Positions 20,398-30,326 of a stretch of DNA of 64,000 bases are shown piece after piece; the first letter of the stretch is position 1; the number at the start of each line of letters is the position of its first letter. The position numbers and the translations under genes are program-made. The notes under the pieces were generated by a model. That model searched no databases and was not told the origin of the DNA. It worked only from the letters and a program-made list of their open reading frames with translations. The DNA comes from Candidatus Velthaea sp. (GTDB taxonomy: Bacteria; Vulcanimicrobiota; Vulcanimicrobiia; Vulcanimicrobiales; Vulcanimicrobiaceae): positions 128,001 through 192,000 of the forward strand of contig CBDCCS010000018.1 of assembly GCA_965214935.1 (NCBI GenBank). Direction: 5' to 3'.

Positions 20398-21089
20398 GCA
20401 ACCCCGGTATGGACGGCGATCGCGCCGCCGCCCAAGCGAACGTACCGCACGTCGTGGAAACCGGCGGTACGGAATCGCTCCGCCAAAGCGTTAGCGTCGG
20501 GAAAGTTCGTCAGCGAATTCGGCAAGTAACGGTACGCGGCTTTCGATCCGCCGACGGCGCCGCCGATGAGCGGTACGAGCCGGTAGAAATAGAGATTGAA
20601 CAAGCGCCGGAAGAGCGGATTGGGCGCTTTGGTTACATCGAGATTAACGAATCGGCTGCCGGCCTTGAGCACGCGGCGCGCTTCTTTGAGCGTCCCGACA
20701 ATATCGACGACGTTTCGCATCGAGAAGCCCATCGTTGCACCGTCGAACGTCCGGTCGGCAAACGGCAGCGCCATGACGTCGGCTTCGATGAATTCGGCCT
20801 GTCCGCGCACGTCTTCGCCGCGCGCTCGCTCGCGCGCACCGGCCAGCATCGGGGCACAAAAATCGACGCCGGTGACGTGGATTGCGGGTTTCGCCCGCAG
20901 CAAATGAAAGACCAGATCGCCCGTACCGCAGCATAGGTCGAGCAGCCGCGCATCGTCGGCCGCCTGGAGCTCCGCGATCGCCCGCTTACGCCAGGCCTCA
21001 TCGACGCCCGCCGTGAGGATCTTATTCGTCGCGTCGTAGCGCGGCGCAATCGCCGCGAACATTTCGCGCACATACAGAGCTTTATCCAT
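20394..21089 (-). CDS. menG: Demethylmenaquinone methyltransferase (UbiE/MenG)
   Basis: VREMFAAIAPRYD, LDLCCGTGD, LPFAD, MRNV, AYRYLPNS. Confidence 0.93.
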   Translation of the reverse strand: MDKALYVREMFAAIAPRYDATNKILTAGVDEAWRKRAIAELQAADDARLLDLCCGTGDLVFHLLRAKPAIHVTGVDFCAPMLAGARERARGEDVRGQAEFIEADVMALPFADRTFDGATMGFSMRNVVDIVGTLKEARRVLKAGSRFVNLDVTKAPNPLFRRLFNLYFYRLVPLIGGAVGGSKAAYRYLPNSLTNFPDANALAERFRTAGFHDVRYVRLGGGAIAVHTGVA

Positions 21090-21158
21090 CGTTTGCTTGC
21101 GATCGGGTGGTTTCGCCGTCGCTCGTCCCCTTTCTTTGACCCGCCCACGGCGTGATGG

Positions 21159-22139
21159 GTGCCCGTGAGCATTGCCCTATCATCCGGTCCGGCCTTTTGC
21201 GCGGCGGTCAAGATTGCTCGAACGGTCGACTTCACGGCGTATATCCTGCAACCCGGAGCCGCGCGCGAGGCATTAATCGCCGCCGCGCACTCCGGTGCCG
21301 CCGTTCGCGTCCGGCTCGAGCGCGATCCGCTCGATGACGCGACGGGTAGCTTGCATCGCGCGAATGCCGATTCGATTCGGGTACTGCTCTCGGCCGGAGT
21401 GGATGCCGCAATGCGCGGCGCCGGCGAACCGGCCGTTCATATAAAGGCGGCGGTTGTCGACGGCGTCGCGTGGCTCGACGACCGCAATTGGACCGGCGGT
21501 CGTGAGACGATCGTGCGCGACGACGATCCGGATGATTCGGCTACGTTGGAACGTGCGCTACGCGGCGGGGATGCTGCGAACGGCGGGCACGCTACGAACG
21601 GCGCCGATCGAAACCCGACCGCTTTCGGCAACCTTGCGACCACCAAAGCGACGGCTCAAGCGTTGGAAGCGGCGCTGATCGCTGAGGCTGGACGCGAATC
21701 GCTAGCGGTTGAAAGCGAATCGTTCGGCAACGGAGCGATTTACGCTGCGCTGCTCGAGCGCGCCGGATCGAACGTGCCCACCCGCTTGCTGGTCGCCGGG
21801 CGCGAAGCGACGGCATTTGGACCGGAGGGGGACCTGGAACGACGGCGACTCGACCGCTTGGCGTCTCTCGGCGTCGAGGTGCGCGTCGGGACGAGCGGCA
21901 ATCGTGAACTTGCCGAGAAGCTTGCCGTCGCCGGCGGTCAGGCGTGGATCGGGTCGGCGAACGCGACGTACGCCGGTGGCGCGATGGGCCGGCAACAGGA
22001 CTGGGGCTTGACGACAAGCGATCCGGCCACCGTTGACGGGTTGCGCGCGGCGTTCGAGGCGAATTGGCTTGAAGCGGCTCGCCGGCAGGCAGCGGCGATC
22101 GGCACGATGCCGGGTGACGTGTTCGGTGAGAAAGTATAA
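21159..22139 (+). CDS. Phospholipase D superfamily protein with one intact and one degenerate HKD motif
   Basis: HIKAAVVDG; second half AEKLAVAGGQAWIGSAN; FEANW. Confidence 0.75.
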   Translation: MPVSIALSSGPAFCAAVKIARTVDFTAYILQPGAAREALIAAAHSGAAVRVRLERDPLDDATGSLHRANADSIRVLLSAGVDAAMRGAGEPAVHIKAAVVDGVAWLDDRNWTGGRETIVRDDDPDDSATLERALRGGDAANGGHATNGADRNPTAFGNLATTKATAQALEAALIAEAGRESLAVESESFGNGAIYAALLERAGSNVPTRLLVAGREATAFGPEGDLERRRLDRLASLGVEVRVGTSGNRELAEKLAVAGGQAWIGSANATYAGGAMGRQQDWGLTTSDPATVDGLRAAFEANWLEAARRQAAAIGTMPGDVFGEKV

Positions 22140-22430
22140 GGCGGCGCCGTCGACATCAACGTCGACGTTGCGCCGGCGGACCCTGATCCGCGGTCAGCAA
22201 ACGGCTGCCCCAAACGATTCGACGCGCCTGACTTTCCGCCAGGTGCCGATGACGCTCTCGGCGTCTTCGTAAGAGTACCGGCCGGCAAGATGCTTGTGAA
22301 CGGACACTTGATTCCGGCCACCCGGACAGTTATGAAACGCTGCGGCGCTGGCTGAGCAAGGCCGAAACTACCGCGTCGCAATGACCTTCAACCGGAGGTC
22401 GCCCGCGCGGGGTCGGCAATCCCGTCAATC

Positions 22431-23770
22431 ATGTTTTTGACGCAGCGCACGCAAGTGCCGGATGCGATGAACCGGCGCCGGGTGCAGTTTGCGCAGTTGG
22501 CCGCGATCGTCGTTGCGGGCTTGATCGTCCGCCTGAGCTTGATTCAGACCGCGGGTTATCATGACGACGTTACGATCTTCTCAGACTGGTTCAGCTCGAT
22601 CGCTCAGCTTCCGCCCGCCCATGTTTACGCACAAACACCCGGGCTGAATTATCCGCCGATGGCCGTCGTCATGTATGAAGTCGAGGCCTGGATATTCCAC
22701 TGGTTCGTGCATGGCCGCTACGACCACGCTACGCTCATTGTCGCCGTAAAATTGCCGGCGATCCTGATGGATGCCGTCGGGGCCTTGCTGCTTTACCGTA
22801 TCATCCGACGCCACGCAAGCCACGCACTTGCGCTTTTCGGTGCGGCGTTTTTTGCCCTGAACCCGGCGCCGATTTACGACTCTGCATTTTGGGGGCAAAA
22901 CGACGCCATCCCAACAGTTCTCGCACTCCTCGCCCTGGCCGAGCTTGCAGCCGGGCGCAACGTCATTGCGTGGATTGCGCTGACCACCGCGATCTTTATC
23001 AAGCCGCCGGTGCTCGTTCTCGTCCCGTTGCTCCTGTTGCATCCGTTGCGCGCGAGCGGTGAGGCGCGGGTGCGGCGCGTTCGCGGCGCGCTTCTCGGCT
23101 TCCTCGCTTCGGCGCTCATCGCCGAGGCTCTCGCTTACGGCTATTTCGCGCATCCGACTGCCTTGATCGCGACTCGTCATTTGGTCGGGCAATTCATTAA
23201 CTTTTCGGGCATCTTTCATTTCAATTCACTTAATGCATTCAATATTTGGGCCATCTTTCAGCCGTTTTTTGTATCGGATGCCACCAAATTCATCGGTGTC
23301 TCCATGCAACATTGGAGCGACGTTCTGTTTATCGCGGCAGCGGCCTTAATTTATTGGCGCTACACCCGCAGCCATAGCACGACTGCCCTTTTCGAGGCCG
23401 GGGCACTGGTACTACTTGCGTTCTTCCTCCTACTGACGGAAATGCACGAACGCTATCTCTATTACGCCGTCATTTTCTGCGGCACGCTAGTGTTCAAGCA
23501 ACATTACCGGCGTGCCGCATTGGTATTGTCGATCACGCTGCTATTGAATATGGAGTACGGCTTGGATTTCATGTACCTCGATGATGCCAAAGCAACGATG
23601 ATCGATCGATTCGAATTTCTCCGATGCTCAGTCACTTGTGTGCGTTGGCAAATGTCGCCGTCTTCGGTCTGCTGCTGCGAGATTTCTTAAGCGCGACTCC
23701 GCCGGCCATGCCCGCGGGCCGTGCCGCACTTCGCGTCGACGGTACGAGCGGGTCCTATGCAACCGTCTAA
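22431..23770 (+). CDS. GT-C fold polytopic membrane glycosyltransferase; ORF as given stops at 23690, but a missing T at 23616-23618 would restore a final TM helix and end at 23770
   Basis: GYHDD, NYPP, SAFWGQND, IKPP, NAFNIW, TEMHERY. Confidence 0.8.
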
Positions 23771-23800
23771 CGCTTGCCCCGGCTTCGTTGTGAGGCGTTA

Positions 23801-25108
23801 ATGCACACGCTGCTTGTTGCCGGCTCGATCCCCGCCGTTCTTGCCGGACTGTTGTTTTTTGGTACCCGCCCCGGCATCGTGGGGCGGGTCTGGTATGCGC
23901 TATGCGCCGGATTTGCCGTCTATTTGGCAACCGAATTGGTGCGCATGGCGCTGCACGAAATAGCGCAACCGCCGCTGTGGGATTTCAAGGTCTTTTGGAT
24001 GGTCGGCCAGATTTGCGCCGGCGGTCATAACCTCTACGATGTCGCCTCGTATGCTCGTTACGCAGCACTGCTCAATCCCGCGAACGACGCTGAGTTCAAT
24101 ACGATTGCGCTGCACATCGGGATGCCCTATCCGCCGCCTGCCGCAGTACTGTTTTATCCGCTTGGCTTCATTGCCGGCCTGCAAGCCGCGATGGCGGCTT
24201 GGTATGCGGTGCTCTTCGCGACGATCGGCCTGAGCATCGTTGCATTATGGCGCCAATTTCTGGCCGCAAACGGCATCCCCGGTTTCATTGCCGTCGCCGT
24301 GTTGGTTTTAGCGCTGCCGGGCACGGCGTTGACGGTCGGTTTTGGACAGCTCAACTTCTTTGCGTTGCTGCTGTTGCTCATGGTCTGGCGCCAGCCGATC
24401 GCGATGCGCGCCGGAATGTGGCTCGCGCCGCTTTCGATCGTGCGTCCGCTTAGCGCCGTCTTTGCGCTCTACTACATCGCGCGCCGGCGTTGGAGTGCGA
24501 TCTACGGCCTCGTCGCCGCGCTTTGCGTGCTATTCATCGTTGCCCTGCCGATCGTCGGAATCGCAGCTTTTCGCTCGTATCTGCAGCAAAACCCGACGCA
24601 GCGGTATCCCGAGATCTATTTCAAGGGCTGGGAGTCGCTATACAAGATCGTCGTTACGCTCGGCGGCGAGAACAGCGGCTATTTTTCGATCGGCGCGCAT
24701 CCCGTGTTCGTCGTGATTTGCGGATTGTCGATCGTCGCGGCATTTGCCGTTTGCGCATTTGCCGCGGAGAGCGAACGCGCGCTCTGCCTCTCGATGCTGC
24801 TCGCTCTGGCATTGTTTCTTTATCCGAACACCGGCGCGCATTACACGGTTCTGCTGCTCGTCCCGCTGTTCTCGGCGTGGGCGGAACGCGAGCGGTATCG
24901 ACTTCCGGCGACCACCGTCATTGCGTTCTTTACCGTCCAGTACGGACTGCTTATTTACCGTGACGGTGCGTTTACGAGCGGTTTGGTCTTCGCCATGGAT
25001 GCCGTCGTGTTTGGGCTGCTCGTCGTTCGCCTGCGATCGCAGCGCGCCGATATTCCGCTCGTCGCTTCGCTTCAAGCACGTCGGGCCGCAGTACAGACCG
25101 CCGGTTAG
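23801..25108 (+). CDS. GT87/DUF2029-like GT-C glycosyltransferase
   Basis: WDFKVFW...G...NLY, MPYPPPAAVLFYPL, GQLN, HY; GAGG RBS. Confidence 0.85.
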   Translation: MHTLLVAGSIPAVLAGLLFFGTRPGIVGRVWYALCAGFAVYLATELVRMALHEIAQPPLWDFKVFWMVGQICAGGHNLYDVASYARYAALLNPANDAEFNTIALHIGMPYPPPAAVLFYPLGFIAGLQAAMAAWYAVLFATIGLSIVALWRQFLAANGIPGFIAVAVLVLALPGTALTVGFGQLNFFALLLLLMVWRQPIAMRAGMWLAPLSIVRPLSAVFALYYIARRRWSAIYGLVAALCVLFIVALPIVGIAAFRSYLQQNPTQRYPEIYFKGWESLYKIVVTLGGENSGYFSIGAHPVFVVICGLSIVAAFAVCAFAAESERALCLSMLLALALFLYPNTGAHYTVLLLVPLFSAWAERERYRLPATTVIAFFTVQYGLLIYRDGAFTSGLVFAMDAVVFGLLVVRLRSQRADIPLVASLQARRAAVQTAG

Positions 25109-25302
25109 CATGCACGTACGACGCGGCGCGCGCGTCCGTCAAAGCGGCCCGCTGTGCTCCGCGCCGATAGTCGGCTGACGGCAGCGCGACCGAAGGCCTG
25201 AGGCATAAAGAGAAGCCTTGAGTTCCTCGTATCTCGCATGATCCGGCCGACGTGCAACTATGCGTTGCATGGCAGCATCCGTGGCCGGGTATACGCTCGC
25301 TC

Positions 25303-25674
25303 ATGACACGGATTGAAATCGACGCGGAGACACTGCTCGTACGCGTGCAGGGACTCGACAAGCTGTGGGCATTTAAAAGCGAATTGCGCATTCCGCTTGC
25401 ACACATCTCCGGTGTCGCTCGGGCCGCAGAGCAGGCACGCAAAAAGTCGCTCAGCATTAGAGCGCCGGGGACGCACGTTCCGGGGCTGATAACGGCCGGC
25501 ACGTACCACACCCCGGAAGGCAAAGCATTTTGGGACGTTCGTACGGCCGATCATGCCATTGCAATCACGCTTCGCGACGACCGCTATGTAAAGCTCGTCA
25601 TCGACGTGAACGATCCAGCCGCGGAGATCGGCCGCATCGAAGCAGCCGTCGCCGCGCACGCAGCAGTCGTATAA
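25303..25674 (+). CDS. Conserved hypothetical protein (bacterial PH-like)
   Basis: LRIPLAHI, IRAPGTHVPGLITAGTY, FWDVR. Confidence 0.75.
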   Translation: MTRIEIDAETLLVRVQGLDKLWAFKSELRIPLAHISGVARAAEQARKKSLSIRAPGTHVPGLITAGTYHTPEGKAFWDVRTADHAIAITLRDDRYVKLVIDVNDPAAEIGRIEAAVAAHAAVV

Positions 25675-25792
25675 CGGATCGTTCAAGAAAAGGTCGGCCG
25701 ATGAAATTGCCGACGCTTCGGGTTCATCTCTTTGCTGGTGCACTGGGCCGTTCGCAACCTTGTTTGACAGCTCGCTGCCTTTGACGGCGGAG

Positions 25793-26563
25793 TCAGACGT
25801 TGAAGAGACGGCGCGCGTTTGCGGTTGTTACGGTATCGACGTCGCCCGGCTCGCAGCCCGCAACTACCGCAATGCGCTGCGCGATATCCGTCAAGTATGC
25901 CGGTTCGTTGCGTTTCCCGCGATGTGGAATGGGCGCTAAATACGGGCAATCGGTTTCCAAAATGAGATCGTGCAGGCCGACGGCGCGGATCGCTTCACGC
26001 AGGGGCTCGGCGGTCTTGAATGTCGCGACGCCGCCGATGCCGAGGAGTAGACCGAATTCGTCGATATAGGTGCGTGCCTCAGCGGTGGTGCCGGTGAAGC
26101 AATGCACGACGCCGTGCATCGTCGAAGGGTCGAAATGCTCGCGCAGAATCGCACAAAAGTCGGCAAACGCGTCGCGCACGTGGAAAACGACCGGATATTG
26201 GCGCTCGCGCGCGTACTGCAACTGAGCGATGAGAACGCGCTGTTGATCGGCGACCGGACTATGTTCGTAAAAATAGTCTAGTCCCGTTTCACCGACGGCT
26301 ACAATCGATTGCCGGCCGATTGCCGCCAGTGCATCGAAGGCTGCGGCGATATCGGCGGGGGCGTCGACGGCTTCGTGCGGATGAATACCGATCGATGCAT
26401 GCAGCGCGAACTCGGCGGCCGTGACGAGCGCCCGCCGGCTGTCTTCGAGGTCGCAGCCGATCGTCACGATCGCGTCGACGCCGGCCGCGCGAGCGCGGGC
26501 CAGCATCGCAGGGCGGTCGTCGTCATATTTCGGGTCGTGAATGTGAGCGTGTGAATCGATCAT
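25793..26563 (-). CDS. tatD: TatD family nuclease
   Basis: DSHAH, GIHPH, GETGLDY, HCFTG, ETDCPYLAP, RGKRNEP. Confidence 0.97.
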   Translation of the reverse strand: MIDSHAHIHDPKYDDDRPAMLARARAAGVDAIVTIGCDLEDSRRALVTAAEFALHASIGIHPHEAVDAPADIAAAFDALAAIGRQSIVAVGETGLDYFYEHSPVADQQRVLIAQLQYARERQYPVVFHVRDAFADFCAILREHFDPSTMHGVVHCFTGTTAEARTYIDEFGLLLGIGGVATFKTAEPLREAIRAVGLHDLILETDCPYLAPIPHRGKRNEPAYLTDIAQRIAVVAGCEPGDVDTVTTANARRLFNV

Positions 26564-28092
26564 ACCGGCAACGCTGCATCGATCCGCGGAAACAACGCCG
26601 CGCCTGGATTTGTTTGCGTGTTATTTGCCAGGCCGCCCCAGTTCAATTCGTCGCGCCAAAGCACTTCGGGCGTATCGGGCAACCCGAGCTGACGCCACAT
26701 CTCGGTTGCTTTTTCGGGCATGAACGGATGGGTTAGAATCGCTAGCCAGCGTAAGCCTTCGCACAAATCATAGAGCACGGCGTCGAGTTGATCGCCCAAG
26801 CCCGCTTTGAACAACGCCCAGGGTTTACGTTCTTCGATCTCGCGATTGAGCGCCGTTACGAGTTCCCAGATTGCTTCGAGCGCCTCGCGGAATTGAAGGT
26901 TGGTCACGCGTTCGTAAACGAGTGTGCCAAGGTCGGCAAATTGTTCGCCGATGCGCGACTCGGTAGCCGGCGGAACGAGGCCGTTGCGGTACTTCTCGAG
27001 CATGGCCAGCGAGCGCCGCAAAAGGTTACCGAGATCGTTGCCGAGATCGCTGTTGTGGCGCGTGCGGAGTTTTTCGTCCGAAACCGTAAAGTCGCTGCCG
27101 AACGGCGCCTCGCGCAGCAAAAAATACCGGATCGAATCAGCGCCGTACGTATCGACCAATGCAAACGGATCGAAAACGTTGCCGAGACTCTTGGACATTT
27201 TCTGACCTTCACTCAAGATCCAGCCATGCGCAAAGACGAGCTTGGGCGCTTCGAGGTCCAGCGCCCACAACATCGCCGGCCAAATCAGCGTATGAAAGCG
27301 CGCGATCTCTTTGCCGACAAGTTGAATACTTGCCGGCCAGACGCGCGCAAATTGCTGCGGATCGTCGAGCCAACCCGTTGCGCTGATGTAATTGATGAGC
27401 GCATCGAACCATACGTACATGACGCCGCCGGGCAACGGTATGCCCCAGTCGAAACTCGTGCGCGAAATCGACAGATCGTCGAGTCCGCCTTCGAGCGTGG
27501 CCATCATTTCGTTCCAGACCGAGACCGGCCGCACGAAATCGCGATGTTCGTTGAAGTACACGATAAGCCGGTCGCGGTATGCCGACAACTTGAAGAACCA
27601 ATCTTGTTCAGATAGCCAGTCGACGGTGCGGCGACATTCCGGATTCGGACAACGGCCCTCGACGAGTTTCGACTCGGGCCAAAACGTCTCGTCGTTGGTG
27701 CAATACCAGCCTTCGTACGTACCGAGATAGACGTCGCCGGTTGCGCGCAAGCGCTCGAACACCGCAATGCATGCGTCGACATGGCGCTTATCGGTCGTGC
27801 GAATGAAATCGTCGAAGCGCGCATCGAAGGTCGGCGCGAGCGACTGCCAGCGCGGCACGAGCGCATCGACGTAGGCTTGCGGCGTCATGCCGGCGCTCGC
27901 GGCGGCGTTCGCAACTTTCTGACCGTGCTCGTCGGCACCGGTAAGCGCATACGCCGGTCCGGCGGTACGCGCCGTCCGCACGAGCACGTCGGCGGCGATG
28001 GTGGTGTATGCGTGGCCGACATGCGGATCGCCGCTAATGTAATAGATTGGCGTGGTGACGAAGAAAGCGCGATCCATCGCTTTCGCCTTCAT
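26560..28092 (-). CDS. metG: Methionine--tRNA ligase (short form, no C-terminal tRNA-binding domain)
   Basis: TTPIYY, HVGH, YVWFDAL, KMSKS, LFPRI. Confidence 0.98.
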   Translation of the reverse strand: MKAKAMDRAFFVTTPIYYISGDPHVGHAYTTIAADVLVRTARTAGPAYALTGADEHGQKVANAAASAGMTPQAYVDALVPRWQSLAPTFDARFDDFIRTTDKRHVDACIAVFERLRATGDVYLGTYEGWYCTNDETFWPESKLVEGRCPNPECRRTVDWLSEQDWFFKLSAYRDRLIVYFNEHRDFVRPVSVWNEMMATLEGGLDDLSISRTSFDWGIPLPGGVMYVWFDALINYISATGWLDDPQQFARVWPASIQLVGKEIARFHTLIWPAMLWALDLEAPKLVFAHGWILSEGQKMSKSLGNVFDPFALVDTYGADSIRYFLLREAPFGSDFTVSDEKLRTRHNSDLGNDLGNLLRRSLAMLEKYRNGLVPPATESRIGEQFADLGTLVYERVTNLQFREALEAIWELVTALNREIEERKPWALFKAGLGDQLDAVLYDLCEGLRWLAILTHPFMPEKATEMWRQLGLPDTPEVLWRDELNWGGLANNTQTNPGAALFPRIDAALPV

Positions 28093-28937
28093 GCCTTCGA
28101 TACGCTCAAACCTGCGCGTCGCCGATCGCTGATGCGCGCATACAAATGGCGGCGCTCGCCGAAACCGCGCTCGGTCAACGCCTTGGCAATCGCCGATGTG
28201 CTCATGCCCTGACCGATGAGCGTCGCGATTTCCGCATCGATCGCCGCATCGGGTGGCGGCGCGGCTTCGGCGGCGGCGCCCGCATCGAGTACGAAGGCGA
28301 TCTCGCCGCGGATCGGATCGACGAGCGCGGCACCGACGGCGTCGGGGGTGCCGGCGATCTGCTGCTCGTGCAACTTGGTGAATTCACGCACGAGAAACAC
28401 GCGGGCCGCCGGATCGACCGCGGCCAGATCGGTCAACGTCGCGCGGATGCGATGCGGCGACTCGTACCATACCGACGGCTCGCCGCGGCCGAGTGCGGTG
28501 CGAAAGGCCGCCCGGCGCTCGCCGGCCGCACGCGGCGGAAAGCCGGCGAAAGCAAAGCGTCGCACGTCGAATCCCGATAAGACTGCCGCGCAGGCGAACG
28601 CCGTCGGTCCCGGCAGCACATCGACGCCGATTCCGGCTTCGCGAGCCGCGGCGACGAGGGCCGTCCCCGGATCGCTGATCCCGGGCATCCCGGCGTCGGT
28701 CACCACCGCGACGAGCTGCTCGCGCGACCGTTCGAGGATGGCGTGCGTTGCCGTCGCCGCGTTATGCTCGTGATACGTCCAGAGTTCGCGACCCGGCAGA
28801 TCGTATGCCGAAAGCAGACGGCGTGCAACACGCGAATCCTCAGCGACGATGAGCGTTGCTTCGCGCAACACGTCCAGTGCGCGCAGCGTAATGTCGCGGA
28901 GGTTGCCGAGCGGCGTCGGCACGAACACGAGGGGCAT
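28089..28937 (-). CDS. rsmI: 16S rRNA C1402 2'-O-methyltransferase
   Basis: VPTPLGNLRDITLRAL, AEDSR, TDAGMPGISDPG, YESPHR, REFTKLHE, RGE. Confidence 0.96.
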   Translation of the reverse strand: MPLVFVPTPLGNLRDITLRALDVLREATLIVAEDSRVARRLLSAYDLPGRELWTYHEHNAATATHAILERSREQLVAVVTDAGMPGISDPGTALVAAAREAGIGVDVLPGPTAFACAAVLSGFDVRRFAFAGFPPRAAGERRAAFRTALGRGEPSVWYESPHRIRATLTDLAAVDPAARVFLVREFTKLHEQQIAGTPDAVGAALVDPIRGEIAFVLDAGAAAEAAPPPDAAIDAEIATLIGQGMSTSAIAKALTERGFGERRHLYARISDRRRAGLSVSKA

Positions 28938-30204
28938 GGCTAGCGATTCGGCGCGCGCTGCGCAAACGATTGTGCGCCTCGTCGAACTGCGCGGGCACAT
29001 CTTGGATAGCGGTATTTTTTCGCGCGTGCTCGGCATCCTCACCGACTACGAGCAAACCGCGTATGTCATCGAAGAATTCGATACCGGGCATACAAAAAAC
29101 GACGTGTCGTACGCGCGGCTGCGGATCGAGGCGCAGGCGGACGCCGTGATGCGCGAAGTGCTCGACAAGTTGCGCGACGTCGGCGTTACCGTGTTGACCG
29201 ATCATGATGCCGCGACCGAACCGGCACCGGCAAACGGCGTGCTGCCCGATCTTTTTTACGCTACGACCAATTTTCCGACCGACGTGCGCATTGGGGGCAA
29301 CTGGCTCCCGGCCGCATTGCCGGAGATGGACTGTGCCATCGTCATCGAGCGCGGGGCGGCACGGACCGTCGCGCCGTCGGACGTTCGGGCCGGCGAACCC
29401 GTGGTCGTCGGGCATGAGGGCGTACGCGTGCAGATGCCGCAGCGAGCGCGCAAAAAAGCGGTGTTCGAGTTTATGGCGAGCGCCGTTTCGAGCGAGAAAC
29501 CGCGTCAAGCGCTGCTGGGCGAAGTCGCGCGCGAACTGCTCGGCGTTTTGGCCGGCGGAAAGCGCGTGTTGCTCGTGGGCGGTCCGGCGATCGTTCACAC
29601 CGGCGCCGGGCCGTATCTTGCCGAACTGGTGCGCGACGGTTACGTGAACGCGATCTTCGCCGGAAACGCGCTGGCGGTGCACGATATGGAGTCGCAGTTT
29701 TTCGGGACGTCGCTCGGCGTTAATTTGCACGATGCGTTTCCCGCCGAGGAAGGCCACGTGCATCATCTGCGCACGGTCAACCGGCTGCGTGCCGCGGGTG
29801 GAATCCAAGCGGCGATCGATAGCGGGCTGCTGACCGGCGGAATTATGTTCGAGGCGTTCAAGAAGCAGATTCCGGTCGTGCTGGCCGGTTCGATTCGCGA
29901 TGACGGTCCGATCCCCGACGTCATTACCGATGTCGTCGAATGTCAACGCGCGATGCGCCGGCATGTGCCCGAGATCGGGATGGCGCTGTTGGTTTGCACG
30001 TTGCTGCACTCGATTGCCGTCGGTAATCTGCTCCCGGCGACCTGTAAGACAATTTCGGTCGATATCAATCCCTCGAGCGTAACGAAATTAACCGATCGCG
30101 GCTCGCATCAAACGCTGGGTATCGTCATGGATGCATCGTCGTTTTTACGCGAGCTGACGCTCGCCATTCATGCCGTCGAAGCGTCTGCGCCACCGGCAAG
30201 CTAG
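28936..30204 (+). CDS. TIGR00300 family ornithine cyclodeaminase-like protein (homolog of the AgrE/ArgZ C-terminal region); alternative start GTG 28972
   Basis: LRGHILDS, FYATTN, EMDC, FEFMASAVSSEK, GGPAIVHTG, GNALAVHD, AGSIRDDGP, LHSIAVGN, KLTDRG. Confidence 0.9.
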   Translation: MASDSARAAQTIVRLVELRGHILDSGIFSRVLGILTDYEQTAYVIEEFDTGHTKNDVSYARLRIEAQADAVMREVLDKLRDVGVTVLTDHDAATEPAPANGVLPDLFYATTNFPTDVRIGGNWLPAALPEMDCAIVIERGAARTVAPSDVRAGEPVVVGHEGVRVQMPQRARKKAVFEFMASAVSSEKPRQALLGEVARELLGVLAGGKRVLLVGGPAIVHTGAGPYLAELVRDGYVNAIFAGNALAVHDMESQFFGTSLGVNLHDAFPAEEGHVHHLRTVNRLRAAGGIQAAIDSGLLTGGIMFEAFKKQIPVVLAGSIRDDGPIPDVITDVVECQRAMRRHVPEIGMALLVCTLLHSIAVGNLLPATCKTISVDINPSSVTKLTDRGSHQTLGIVMDASSFLRELTLAIHAVEASAPPAS

Positions 30205-30326
30205 ACGCGGCGCATCCTGGCGAGTCGCGGCAGTATCGTGCAAACAGCGGACGAACGGCGCAACAAGCGCCCGAGCACCGCTCATTGCGCGACATCGGTC
30301 GTCGCAAGGGCTGGTGCAACGGATGT

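Noticed and set aside
23150..23650. Local AT-rich stretch as foreign DNA
   Set aside because: Explained by Phe/Ile/Asn/Tyr-rich membrane-protein codons within one gene
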